A stretch of 64,000 bases of DNA from a virus. Positions 30,763 to 39,119 of the stretch are shown in pieces. The translations under genes and the position numbers were made by a program. The notes under the pieces are model-generated. The model saw nothing but the letters and a program-made list of their open reading frames with translations, did not search any database and was not told the DNA's origin. The stretch lies in the IMG/VR virus record IMGVR_UViG_3300042397_000787. One strand, written 5' to 3'. Position 1 is the stretch's first letter. Each line of letters starts with the position of its first letter.

Positions 30763-31217
30763 TGACATACACAAAGGAGACTATGAAAGGTCTCTACAAA
30801 ATACAAAATCCTAAGAAGTATATTGGTGATCCTGGTAGAATTATATATCGTTCTAGCTGGGAGCTAAAGTTTATGAAATGGTGCGATAGTAATCCAAGTG
30901 TATTAGAATGGGGTTCAGAAGAACTGGCTATTCCTTATATTTCACCCAAAGATAATAGAGTCCACCGATACTTTGTAGATTTTTATATGAAAGTCCAAGA
31001 GAGTAGCGGTAAAGTAAAAAAATACTTAATTGAAATAAAGCCTGCTAAATTTGTTCAGCAGCCGAAAATTCCTGCGAGAAAGACTAAACAATTTCTAAAT
31101 GAAGTTATGACTTGGGGTGTAAATCAAGCCAAGTGGAAGTATGCAACTGAATTTTGCGAAGATAATGGTTGGGAATTTATGATATTAACTGAAAAAGAAC
31201 TTGGAATTAAAGCATAA
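30762..31217 (+). CDS. gp4: Head completion nuclease gp4 (TnsA-like)
   Basis: NPKKYIGDP..IIYRSSWELKFMKWCD, WGSEE, HRYFVDF, EIKP, NQAKW..A, ILTEKEL. Alternative start at 30783. Confidence 0.9.
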   Translation: MTYTKETMKGLYKIQNPKKYIGDPGRIIYRSSWELKFMKWCDSNPSVLEWGSEELAIPYISPKDNRVHRYFVDFYMKVQESSGKVKKYLIEIKPAKFVQQPKIPARKTKQFLNEVMTWGVNQAKWKYATEFCEDNGWEFMILTEKELGIKA

Positions 31218-31241
31218 ATATACACTAAGGAGATTTATACC

Positions 31242-31364
31242 ATGGCTAAAGCAACAGGAAATACAAAGACAGTATTCGCACCTCGCCGCAAGGGAGTCAA
31301 ACTAAGCACGATGAACAAGCATAAGCGCCGCAATTTTAAGAAGTATAGAGGTCAGGGCCGTTAA
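31242..31364 (+). CDS. Small basic protein (40 aa, ...KHKRRNFKKYRGQGR)
   Basis: Below the ORF-track cutoff. AAGGAG RBS, CATAAATA late promoter at 31213-31220, TAATG overlap with gp2. Confidence 0.75.
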   Translation: MAKATGNTKTVFAPRRKGVKLSTMNKHKRRNFKKYRGQGR

Positions 31365-31942
31365 TGCCATCAAATAACGCCTTTCAGAAACTTCGTGCGC
31401 AAGTAGGAGATGGACAGAAGTCCATTGACTGGTATATGCGCAACGTTAAGAGCCTCGTGGGCGCAAGAGTTTCTGGAAACACAGTGATGCAATCTGATAT
31501 CGGCAGTCTTACCAGCAAGGTAGAGATTGGTGCGATGTATATGTATTTCTATGACCCGAAGTTTAAAAACGAACTACCGTTTTACGATACTTTTCCTTTA
31601 GTATTGCCGTTCGGTCCAGCTAAAGGAGGTTTCTATGGTATTAACGTTCACTATTTGCCTTACCTGTTAAGAGCAAAAGTTTTGGGTGAATTGATGAACT
31701 TTGCGGATTCCAAGACGCTTACACCAACCAGCAAAATGCGCTTGTCATATAATCTTTTAAATAGTCTACAAACAGCCGCGGAAATTAAACCTTGCATCAA
31801 ACATTATTTGACTACACATGTAAGGTCACAATTCATGAAAATTAATCCTGTTGATTGGAAAGCAGCGATATTCTTACCAGTTGAAGCGTTTGTTGGTGCA
31901 ACTAAAGAATCAGTTTTCAGAGACACTAGGAGCAAGATTTAA
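31364..31942 (+). CDS. gp2: DNA end protector protein gp2
   Basis: GAMYMYFYDPKFK..LPFYDTFPLV, GFYGINVHYLP, IKHYL..HVRS, AIFLPVE.F. Confidence 0.9.
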   Translation: MPSNNAFQKLRAQVGDGQKSIDWYMRNVKSLVGARVSGNTVMQSDIGSLTSKVEIGAMYMYFYDPKFKNELPFYDTFPLVLPFGPAKGGFYGINVHYLPYLLRAKVLGELMNFADSKTLTPTSKMRLSYNLLNSLQTAAEIKPCIKHYLTTHVRSQFMKINPVDWKAAIFLPVEAFVGATKESVFRDTRSKI

Positions 31943-32538
31943 TGGAACAAGCATATAATAGCTTGGCAAATTTCCGCGCGGAGACGAGAAAAAGAGATTT
32001 TGCTCGTTCACATAGATTTGAAGTGCAAATAATTCCACCAGCAGAGTTGATGGGCGACGACGGTAAAAGAGTGCCAGGCGGACAAAGAATGGCCACACAC
32101 TTAACATCTGCCGGTCGTTCAGCCAATCATCTGTCTCTATTTGTAGAAGATGCTATGATTCCAGGAATACTCCTTGGAACTAGACCAGTTAGAATCAACA
32201 ATTTAAATGAACAACGTGCCAGCGCAATTGATTTTGGTGGAGACTCAATTACCTTTACGTTTTTAGTTGATGCGACATGGGCAGCAAAAGACTTTTTCGG
32301 AGATTGGATGCGCGGAATTATCAATAAGAGAACCCGTGAAATTGCTTTCCCGAACAAATATTATGGCGGCATGATAGTAACTGCCTTGAATAATAAAGAT
32401 GAAGTCGTTGCCAAATGGGAAATAGAAGATGTATTTCCAAGATCGATTGCACCCATTCAAATGTCTAATAGTAACACACAGCCTATTAGATTACCAGTGA
32501 CATTTACATATAAAAGATGGTTTGTAATACCAGTTTAA
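31942..32538 (+). CDS. gp54: Tail-tube initiator gp54 / gp19-family protein
   Basis: FARSHRFEV, IPG, ITFTF, FFGDW, EDVFPRSI..I.M, LPVTFTYKRW. Confidence 0.7.
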   Translation: MEQAYNSLANFRAETRKRDFARSHRFEVQIIPPAELMGDDGKRVPGGQRMATHLTSAGRSANHLSLFVEDAMIPGILLGTRPVRINNLNEQRASAIDFGGDSITFTFLVDATWAAKDFFGDWMRGIINKRTREIAFPNKYYGGMIVTALNNKDEVVAKWEIEDVFPRSIAPIQMSNSNTQPIRLPVTFTYKRWFVIPV

Positions 32539-32556
32539 TTAATGAAGGACTAAATT

Positions 32557-33243
32557 ATGCCGTTGCCAACTATGACTACTCCGACTTTCAGAGTAAAGTT
32601 GCATTCTTTATCAAATGAAATTGAGTTTCGCCCCTTTCTCGTAAAAGAGGAAAAGATACTTATCTTGGCTCAAGAATCCAACGAGCCAAAAGAGATGATA
32701 AAGGCTATGCAAGATATTGTTACATCTTGCTCTAATGGAAATGTGCAGGGCAGAGACTTGCCGTTTTTTGATCTACAGTATGCATTTATTCAATTACGCT
32801 CCCAGTCTATTGGCAGTGTCACTGATTTCGTTTTGATTTGCGGTGAATGTGGACACAAGACTGAGACTACATTAGATTTGAATTCGTTGACAATCGATTT
32901 TCCCGAAAATCATACGAATAAGATAATGCTTTCAGATGCCGTTGGCGTGATTATGAAATATCCAAAGGCAGAAATTTTAGTCGATGATGAAACTCCAGCA
33001 TTCAATCTTGTCGTAGCGTGTATAGATAAAATCTTCGACCAAGACGAAATCTACAACGCAGAGGATGAAGGTCCAGAAGAAGTAGAAAAGTTTATTAACA
33101 GTCTTTCGACACAGCAGTTTGAAAAGATAGTAGAATTTTTCCAGACTTCACCAAGACTTGAAAAGACAATTGATTATACATGTGTTAAATGTGAAACAGA
33201 AAATACGGTATTAATAGACGGTGTAGAAAATTTTTTCGAATAA
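32557..33243 (+). CDS. gp26: Baseplate hub assembly protein gp26
   Basis: MPLP...P, FRPFLVKEEKIL..A, FDLQYAFIQLRSQSIG, two CxxC, GVIMKYP, ends G.ENFF. Confidence 0.9.
   Translation: MPLPTMTTPTFRVKLHSLSNEIEFRPFLVKEEKILILAQESNEPKEMIKAMQDIVTSCSNGNVQGRDLPFFDLQYAFIQLRSQSIGSVTDFVLICGECGHKTETTLDLNSLTIDFPENHTNKIMLSDAVGVIMKYPKAEILVDDETPAFNLVVACIDKIFDQDEIYNAEDEGPEEVEKFINSLSTQQFEKIVEFFQTSPRLEKTIDYTCVKCETENTVLIDGVENFFE
33228..33237 (+). promoter_or_regulatory. Candidate -1 programmed ribosomal frameshift site (A AAT TTT / T TTT TTC)
   Basis: Two overlapping X XXY YYZ heptamers in the gp26 frame. The -1 frame is open into gp51. Confidence 0.6.
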
Positions 33244-33263
33244 CCCTTTCTCATGATAATTTG

Positions 33264-33419
33264 ATGAATCATTATAAGACAAACTTTATTTTAATGCAAG
33301 AACACAAATACAGTCTGTCAGAACTTGAAAATATGATGCCATGGGAAAGGGAAGTTTACATTGGATTGTTGATGACCCACTTGAAGAAAAAAGCAGAACA
33401 GAACCAACAGGATTATTAA
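33264..33419 (+). CDS. gp51: Baseplate hub assembly catalyst gp51 (probably expressed as a gp26-gp51 frameshift fusion)
   Basis: Translated by hand: MNHYKTNFILMQEHKYSLSELENMMPWEREVYIGLL...; not in the ORF track; no RBS before its ATG. Confidence 0.85.
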   Translation: MNHYKTNFILMQEHKYSLSELENMMPWEREVYIGLLMTHLKKKAEQNQQDY

Positions 33420-33422
33420 GAA

Positions 33423-35792
33423 ATGGCCAGTAACTTACAAGGACTATCAGATAGACTACAGACTGCCCCTAATAATGGGCCAGATCCTGTTGTCGACCGT
33501 CTGGATGAGGTTATAGGTCAAGCAAAAGACATCAAAAAATTATTGAGTTCGTCTGGTTCTGGCGTGGGGAAAGAAACTCAATTAGAAAAAATTAAGGAAA
33601 CTACGAATCCTTTTTCAGTGACTACTGTGGATGGCGAAAAAGCTGCTAAGATTTTATCCGCTGCCACAGAAAACATAAGCAAAGACTTAGAACAGTATAC
33701 CGACGAAGAACGTAAAATGCTGACCGAACTTGTCAAAGAAATTGGTAAGTTGACAGAAAAGAATCTAGAAGGATTCAATAAAGGTATCAAAGAGGTGCTT
33801 GCTCTTGCTAAAAAGGGACAAGCCGTTGCACAGGCTTCAGGTAATACAGACGCCGCAACTAGATTTGCGAATGCCGGAAAGGCAGCTAAAGAGCAATATT
33901 TTCAAGCAAATGATATGGGTCTTAAAGGAAAAGAAGACACATTTAGAAATCGCTTGAAGCGTGCCGTTAGTGGCAAAGACACGACAACGGGTACTGCAAT
34001 TCCAAAAGGATTTGTAAAAACTCAGCTTGAAGGTGCAAAAAGAGTCTTCACCGGAAAGCCCGGTGATATGAGATATGACCTGTTCACTTCTGATAAAAAG
34101 AAAAGAGCCGAAGCCAGAGATAGTATGGGATTGGCCCAAGAAGCGGAAAAATTAACTGATCTGACTACAGAACAGAAGAAACTACTGGCCGATAGAGGAA
34201 TAGCGCCTGCTTCTGAAAAAGATATATCATATCGTAGAGAGGGGAAACCAGTATCAAAAGATACTATTAATGCCGAACTTCAAAAAGATTACGATGAGAA
34301 AAAGGGTGCATCGGTTATTCTACCAGATAAACCAACTACAGGAGCAGTAGCGGCTGGCATCGAATCTAATGTAGCACAACCTACAAGCGAACTACAAGAA
34401 GATGCGGCTGGAATGTCAGAGAGCCCGGTTGTAGATGCTATCCAAGAAAATACGAAAAAGCTAGACGAAATATCTGATACATTCAAAGAAGCAAATGAAT
34501 TATTCTCTGCAATAAAAGATACGATAGAAAAGATTGCTCAATCGATTGAGAATTCTGGTGGCTCAGATGGACCAGGTGGCGGTGGACCCGTAATCGATAT
34601 CGATTTACCTAGCCGTAGAAATCGCGGCGGAAATATTCCTAATGCTCCAGATGGTAGCAAGAAGTCTAGATCAGAAAGAGCTAGAAGTCAACCGAGAGAT
34701 GCCAAGGGTAGATTTGTTAGAAAAACACCAGCAGTTTCTCCCGGTAGAACGCCTGGTAGGGGCAGAGGTATGCTTGGTGCATTAGCATTAGGCGCTGGTG
34801 CTCTCGGCGCGGGGGCATTGTTTGCGGGTAACGATAATGATGGCGGTGAAAACTTAGCCGGAAATAATGCCACAAATATTGCTGCCAACACTGCAATGGT
34901 GGCAGCCGATCTTGCTCCTATGTCCGGAGATACAGCAAAGCCTGTTACTAAAGCGGGTGAAAAGGCTGCTACTAAAGCGGGTGAAAAGGCTGCTACTAAA
35001 GCGGGAGAAAAGACTGCTACTAAAGCGGGTGAAAAGGCTGCTACTAAAGCTGGTCAAAAGGGTGCAGTTAAAGCCGGAGAAAAAGTTGCGTCTAAGGGTG
35101 TAGCTAAAGTTGGCGCGAAAGCAGTTGGCAAATCGCTATTGAAGAAAATCCCAGGTGTTGGTCTTGTTGCTGGTGGTGTATTTGCTGCCCAACGAGCTAT
35201 GGCTGGTGACTGGACAGGCGCAGGCCTAGAATTAGCATCGGGTGCAGCGGGAACTATTCCTGGTGTTGGAACAGCCGCTTCTGTCGGCTTAGATGCTGCA
35301 CTGGCTGCTAGAGATATGGGCGCCTTGGGTGGCACACCAGAAACACGTGCCGCAGAAGCCGCACAAAGTGGCCAAGCACCAAAGGCGGCAACACAACCAA
35401 AACAAACAGCTAAAGTCCAGGGTAAGCCAGGCGGCGGCATATTCAGCAAAGCAGCTGGATTTATGAAAAGAAATCCACTAATGACTGCGGTTGGTTTAGG
35501 TGGAGTCGGCCTTGCCGCTGTTGGTGCAAAGAAGGCTTACGATTACATGAGCGGTGGCGGAGAAGAAGCTAAAGTCCAGTCAGGACAAAATCCTGATAGC
35601 GGCATCTTAGAAAAGGGGTCGGAACAGGCTAAAGACCAAATGAAAGTCAATGTTCCGCCTCCAACAATCATCAATCAAGGTGGTGGCGGGGGCGGCGCAT
35701 CGCAAAGCTCCCCGGTACCAAATACTAAAACTTATGTTAGAGATGATGAGAGCAGTTGGATGAGATTTGCTCTAAAACGAGCAATGGCATAA
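33423..35792 (+). CDS. Putative tape-measure / gp29-like protein
   Basis: 789 aa directly after gp26/gp51; helical K/E/A-rich N-half, G/A-rich C-half (KSLLKKIPGVG, GTIPGVGTAAS). Confidence 0.6.
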   Translation: MASNLQGLSDRLQTAPNNGPDPVVDRLDEVIGQAKDIKKLLSSSGSGVGKETQLEKIKETTNPFSVTTVDGEKAAKILSAATENISKDLEQYTDEERKMLTELVKEIGKLTEKNLEGFNKGIKEVLALAKKGQAVAQASGNTDAATRFANAGKAAKEQYFQANDMGLKGKEDTFRNRLKRAVSGKDTTTGTAIPKGFVKTQLEGAKRVFTGKPGDMRYDLFTSDKKKRAEARDSMGLAQEAEKLTDLTTEQKKLLADRGIAPASEKDISYRREGKPVSKDTINAELQKDYDEKKGASVILPDKPTTGAVAAGIESNVAQPTSELQEDAAGMSESPVVDAIQENTKKLDEISDTFKEANELFSAIKDTIEKIAQSIENSGGSDGPGGGGPVIDIDLPSRRNRGGNIPNAPDGSKKSRSERARSQPRDAKGRFVRKTPAVSPGRTPGRGRGMLGALALGAGALGAGALFAGNDNDGGENLAGNNATNIAANTAMVAADLAPMSGDTAKPVTKAGEKAATKAGEKAATKAGEKTATKAGEKAATKAGQKGAVKAGEKVASKGVAKVGAKAVGKSLLKKIPGVGLVAGGVFAAQRAMAGDWTGAGLELASGAAGTIPGVGTAASVGLDAALAARDMGALGGTPETRAAEAAQSGQAPKAATQPKQTAKVQGKPGGGIFSKAAGFMKRNPLMTAVGLGGVGLAAVGAKKAYDYMSGGGEEAKVQSGQNPDSGILEKGSEQAKDQMKVNVPPPTIINQGGGGGGASQSSPVPNTKTYVRDDESSWMRFALKRAMA
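34947..35090 (+). repeat. 24-bp tandem repeat (ACTAAAGCGGGTGAAAAGGCTGCT), 4 near-perfect plus 2 degenerate copies, encoding TKAGEKAA
   Basis: Directly visible in the sequence. Confidence 0.9.
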
Positions 35793-35825
35793 AAAAGGGG
35801 CGCTTAGAGCGCCCCTTTCTCTTTT
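35791..35825. terminator. Bidirectional intrinsic terminator
   Basis: AAAGGGGCGCT-TAG-AGCGCCCCTTT hairpin flanked by A6 and T-rich tracts, between convergent genes. Confidence 0.85.
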
Positions 35826-36741
35826 AGTCGTCCGCAAGACTTGCGAAGTAACTCATATTATCATCACTCTTTTCATCATTCCAAGGTGGAGTTTCTTCGG
35901 TTGCCTTAGCAGCCGTCTTCATCTTGGTTTCAACGAAGAGTTCATCCTCTGCATCAAGCGGATTTACCTTCTCTGCGGTAGGCACACGAGTACCACTACC
36001 AAGAACAGTATTCAGCTTGGTCTTGAGTTCATCATAAGACTTGAAGTTTGAGGGATCAAGAAAAGCGGCAAGTGAATGCGTCTGCTTCCAGATTGCTTCT
36101 AGCTTATCCTCATTTTCATCAAGTGGCGTATTACCATCAAATTCTGACTTATCGTAGTTACGATAGCCTTCTACCTGACGAATACGGAGCTTGAAGTTGG
36201 CACCTTCCCAAAGATCAAACGGATTAACCGGCTTCTCATCTTCAAAAGTAGGCTGCATTACGTCCTTGATCTTGTCGAAAATCTTCTTACCATACTTATA
36301 GAGAAAGACTTTACCTTCGTTCTCAGGGTTCGATGGGTCCTTAACAACAAGAACGTTAGAGATATAAGACAAGCGGCGCTTCTGCTTACGAGCGATTTCC
36401 TTATTGGCTTCGATACCCGAATTCCAGAGTTCTGAATTGAGTTCACCAAGAGGATCTGGCTTGTTAATAGTGGTCAACGAGTTTTCGATGTACCACTTTC
36501 CGGTCGGACCTTGAAAGCCGTGATCATACACGCGAACCCAGGGAAGTTCTTCGCCTGGAGGAGCAGGAAGAAAACGAAGAACAGCCTGGCCATTGCCAGC
36601 CTTATCTACTGAAGGCTTCCATAAGCGATCATCATCGCCGCGCTTTTCGTTTGTGGGATTTGCAATCTTTTCGACTTCTTTCATAAGTGAGTCGAAGTTG
36701 CCACGGTTCTTACGGAGTTCCGAGAGAGAATTAAAAGACAT
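35824..36741 (-). CDS. gp32: Single-stranded DNA-binding protein gp32
   Basis: DDRLWKP..DKAGNG.AVLRFLPA, HGFQGPTGKWYIENSLTT, FLYKYGKKIFDKI, NPFDLWEGANFKL, YRNYDKSEF. Confidence 0.95.
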   Translation of the reverse strand: MSFNSLSELRKNRGNFDSLMKEVEKIANPTNEKRGDDDRLWKPSVDKAGNGQAVLRFLPAPPGEELPWVRVYDHGFQGPTGKWYIENSLTTINKPDPLGELNSELWNSGIEANKEIARKQKRRLSYISNVLVVKDPSNPENEGKVFLYKYGKKIFDKIKDVMQPTFEDEKPVNPFDLWEGANFKLRIRQVEGYRNYDKSEFDGNTPLDENEDKLEAIWKQTHSLAAFLDPSNFKSYDELKTKLNTVLGSGTRVPTAEKVNPLDAEDELFVETKMKTAAKATEETPPWNDEKSDDNMSYFASLADD

Positions 36742-36800
36742 ATTTGTATTCCTTACTTTGCGTTATATTGCGTTGTATTGCGTTAATATTTGCGTTGTGT
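36742..36800 (-). repeat. Four AACGCAA repeats in the gene 32 leader (candidate translational operator)
   Basis: ttgcgtt at 36758, 36768, 36778 and 36790 on the + strand, directly upstream of the gp32 RBS. Confidence 0.65.
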
Positions 36801-36950
36801 ATCATAATCATCATAGTCATCGAAATCTTCTTCTTGACTACCAGAGTATTTATACAGGTTTTTGCGGTGCTTACTGGATTTGTCCACACCTTTACGAACT
36901 TCTTTGACACGAGGTTCGTAATCGAAGTCTCTACGCTTAGAATGACTCAT
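36783..36950 (-). CDS. Small hypothetical protein (55 aa, basic N-terminus, acidic C-terminus)
   Basis: MSHSKRRDFDYEPRVKEVRKG...DFDDYDDYDTQRKY; starts right after the gp59 stop; contains TATAAATA at 36847-36854. Confidence 0.6.
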   Translation of the reverse strand: MSHSKRRDFDYEPRVKEVRKGVDKSSKHRKNLYKYSGSQEEDFDDYDDYDTQRKY

Positions 36951-37541
36951 TTAACAGACCACTTGGCCTTTCTCCTTGATCCATAGTTGAGAGAATTTGT
37001 CTTTATCAAACTTGACAAAGACGCGGTACTTTGTTATCAAACGAGATACATCTTTCCATATAAAATCATTTGCTAACACAGTATTATTACTATACACGAA
37101 ATTAAACAATTTGTCAAGAATAATTAGGGTTTCAAGACTAATTTTTTTACCAAGGTATAGTTTTAATGCTAAGGGATGTTGGCCATCACTAATCAATGGA
37201 TCAACATTTGCTTTTTCAGCCTCTAACATAAGTGTAGAAATATCTTGGGTGAACAGATATGTCAACTTCTCTTTTCTAGCCTTCCAGTCCCGATATACGT
37301 TATCACTTTCGGCATCAAATAAACCATTATGTCCATTGACAAAGTTAGCAACGAAATAATCTACCATCTCAGTAAAGATAAATCGTTTCGCCAACTTGCG
37401 AAACAATAGAACATCCTTACGTTTAAGAAATGTTTCTCTCTTACACCTGACACCCGATTTCGTTTTTGTGATATCGTAATCATCAGAAGTAAAATGAAGT
37501 TTGAGTGACATGTAGACACGATAAACTTCGAAAGAGTCCAT
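36951..37541 (-). CDS. gp59: Helicase loader gp59
   Basis: FEVYRVYMSLKLHFTSDDYD, FLKRKD...FRKLAK, YFVANF, HPLALKLYL.KKISLETL. Confidence 0.9.
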   Translation of the reverse strand: MDSFEVYRVYMSLKLHFTSDDYDITKTKSGVRCKRETFLKRKDVLLFRKLAKRFIFTEMVDYFVANFVNGHNGLFDAESDNVYRDWKARKEKLTYLFTQDISTLMLEAEKANVDPLISDGQHPLALKLYLGKKISLETLIILDKLFNFVYSNNTVLANDFIWKDVSRLITKYRVFVKFDKDKFSQLWIKEKGQVVC

Positions 37542-37816
37542 TAGAAGGGTAGCTTTCCATCCTTGCGCTTCAACATATTTAGTTCTTCTGCTTCCGCACG
37601 AATCTTTTCCTTAAGTGAAGTTGTCAATAGAACCGATGCCGATTCCATTTCAATATCATTCTTCACGCAATAATCAACTAGCAAGTCCATACACGGTAGA
37701 CCTGTTGTCGATGCTTGCTTCTCAATAAATTGAGAAAACTCAGTAGAAGTTCTAAACTTCTTCGTAATCAGAAATTCGTTGCTGACTTCATCTACCACTT
37801 GAAAATCCTCGACCAT
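37541..37816 (-). CDS. gp33: Late-transcription coactivator gp33
   Basis: FSQFIEK, MD..VDYC.KNDIE.E, LKEKIRAEAEELNML, KLPF; gp33-gp59-gp32 synteny. Confidence 0.85.
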   Translation of the reverse strand: MVEDFQVVDEVSNEFLITKKFRTSTEFSQFIEKQASTTGLPCMDLLVDYCVKNDIEMESASVLLTTSLKEKIRAEAEELNMLKRKDGKLPF

Positions 37817-38333
37817 AAAATTGTGTTCCACTCATTTCATTTTTATCAAAAAGATACCAACAAGCATTGTCCTTGCCAGTAAACTTACTATCTTCAATCC
37901 ACTTTACTCTACCTATGGCCACAACCTTACTACAATATTGTAGATAGGGTATTGCTTGTTTAGTATGCATCCAATCAGCATCAAAGAGAAGCCATGTAGG
38001 ACGAATACTAGCAAACCTATCAATCAATGGATGAAGTATCCATCGCGACCAAGGCGGATTAGTTATAATATAGCTGGTATTTGCGGGAATGTCAACAGTT
38101 AATGCATCATATTTTTCAATAGACGGGTCTTTAGGATCAATATCAGAAACCAAAGTAGCTACTGCATTACTATCTGTTAAGGTGTCTATATGCCTACAGA
38201 GTCTACCGTCGCCGGCACAAGGCTCAGCGAAGGTAAACTCCGAGGGAAGAAAGGGTAAGAGAGGCTTTACTGCATCCAACGGAGTCGGATAGAAGTCGTT
38301 CTTACGATGTTCAAAGTTACTTCTCTTACCCAT
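37788..38333 (-). CDS. DNA amino-methyltransferase (N6-A/N4-C)
   Basis: DFYPTP, EPCAGDG (motif I), ITNPPW (motif IV). Confidence 0.8.
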   Translation of the reverse strand: MGKRSNFEHRKNDFYPTPLDAVKPLLPFLPSEFTFAEPCAGDGRLCRHIDTLTDSNAVATLVSDIDPKDPSIEKYDALTVDIPANTSYIITNPPWSRWILHPLIDRFASIRPTWLLFDADWMHTKQAIPYLQYCSKVVAIGRVKWIEDSKFTGKDNACWYLFDKNEMSGTQFYGRGFSSGR

Positions 38334-38336
38334 TCT

Positions 38337-38942
38337 TTATCCTGCATAAAATATATGATCACCAATTTTAGCTACTCTACGAAGATTCCAACCTGGACTT
38401 ACATAGTCGGCATGATAGAATAGAACATTTTTTCCTAATACGCCATGATTAGCCCCAGCGAACAATACCTTCTCAGCAACTTTCTTTGACTCAGCATATT
38501 GTTGCGCACTGCGGACACTCTTCTTTCCTTCGCATACCCATGAGAACTGACACACACGTTTTGTTCTCTGGTATACAACGGAGCATACGGATTTAGGAAA
38601 CTTGGGGCTATTTACCCGATTGATAGTGACAGCAGCAACGGCCAATTTGCCTTGAGTAGACTGGTTACCAGCCTCATAATAGATATTGTCTGCGAGACAC
38701 TTCAATTCTCTGTTATTTGCCAGACGAATATTTTGTGTCTGGATTCTTTGTTGTGTTACTTTACGTTGTTGTTCTTGGGCATCTTCTTTGATGTCCTGAA
38801 TTACTTCTCCGACGCCGAGGGAATATTCCCTTGCTTCTCTTTCGATGGCAGTTTCAGCATATGAATTAATTCCATATAAACTATAACTTAATAGTGTAAT
38901 AATCGAAAGAAACTTGAAAAACTTCTTATTAAAGGAAGTCAT
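38337..38942 (-). CDS. Cell-wall hydrolase, SleB/Hydrolase_2 family, with N-terminal anchor
   Basis: CLADNIYYEAGNQ...AVAAVTINRV...FPKSVCSVVYQ..CQFSW, FYHADYVSPGW, IGDHIFY. Confidence 0.9.
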   Translation of the reverse strand: MTSFNKKFFKFLSIITLLSYSLYGINSYAETAIEREAREYSLGVGEVIQDIKEDAQEQQRKVTQQRIQTQNIRLANNRELKCLADNIYYEAGNQSTQGKLAVAAVTINRVNSPKFPKSVCSVVYQRTKRVCQFSWVCEGKKSVRSAQQYAESKKVAEKVLFAGANHGVLGKNVLFYHADYVSPGWNLRRVAKIGDHIFYAG

Positions 38943-39013
38943 CTTATTTCCATTTTTTTGTTATACTTGAGAGGGTATTAACCAGTGACTCCCCACACTG
39001 ATTGTCCGAAGAC

Positions 39014-39059
39014 AAAAAATAACCCACTGTGCTTGCTGGTGTCAGGTCGCACAATGGGT
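39014..39059 (-). terminator. Intrinsic terminator-like hairpin downstream of tmRNA and within the hydrolase leader
   Basis: ACCCATTGTGC...GCACAGTGGGT stem followed by TATTTTTT on the - strand. Confidence 0.6.
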
Positions 39060-39119
39060 CATACAACTATTTAGCATCCGTAGATTCTTACATCACTCAT
39101 TTCATCGTATAAACCAAAC

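Noticed and set aside
30762-31217. Tn7 TnsA transposase or mobile element
   Set aside because: This is the T4 gp4 head-completion nuclease in its normal context; no transposon ends or partner genes.
34947-35090. CRISPR array
   Set aside because: Contiguous in-frame repeats with no unique spacers. The Cas4-like exonuclease at 40.5 kb is a standard T4-like phage gene.
36593-37359. + strand ORFs (104, 80, 120 aa)
   Set aside because: Antisense to gp32, gp59 and the 55-aa gene.
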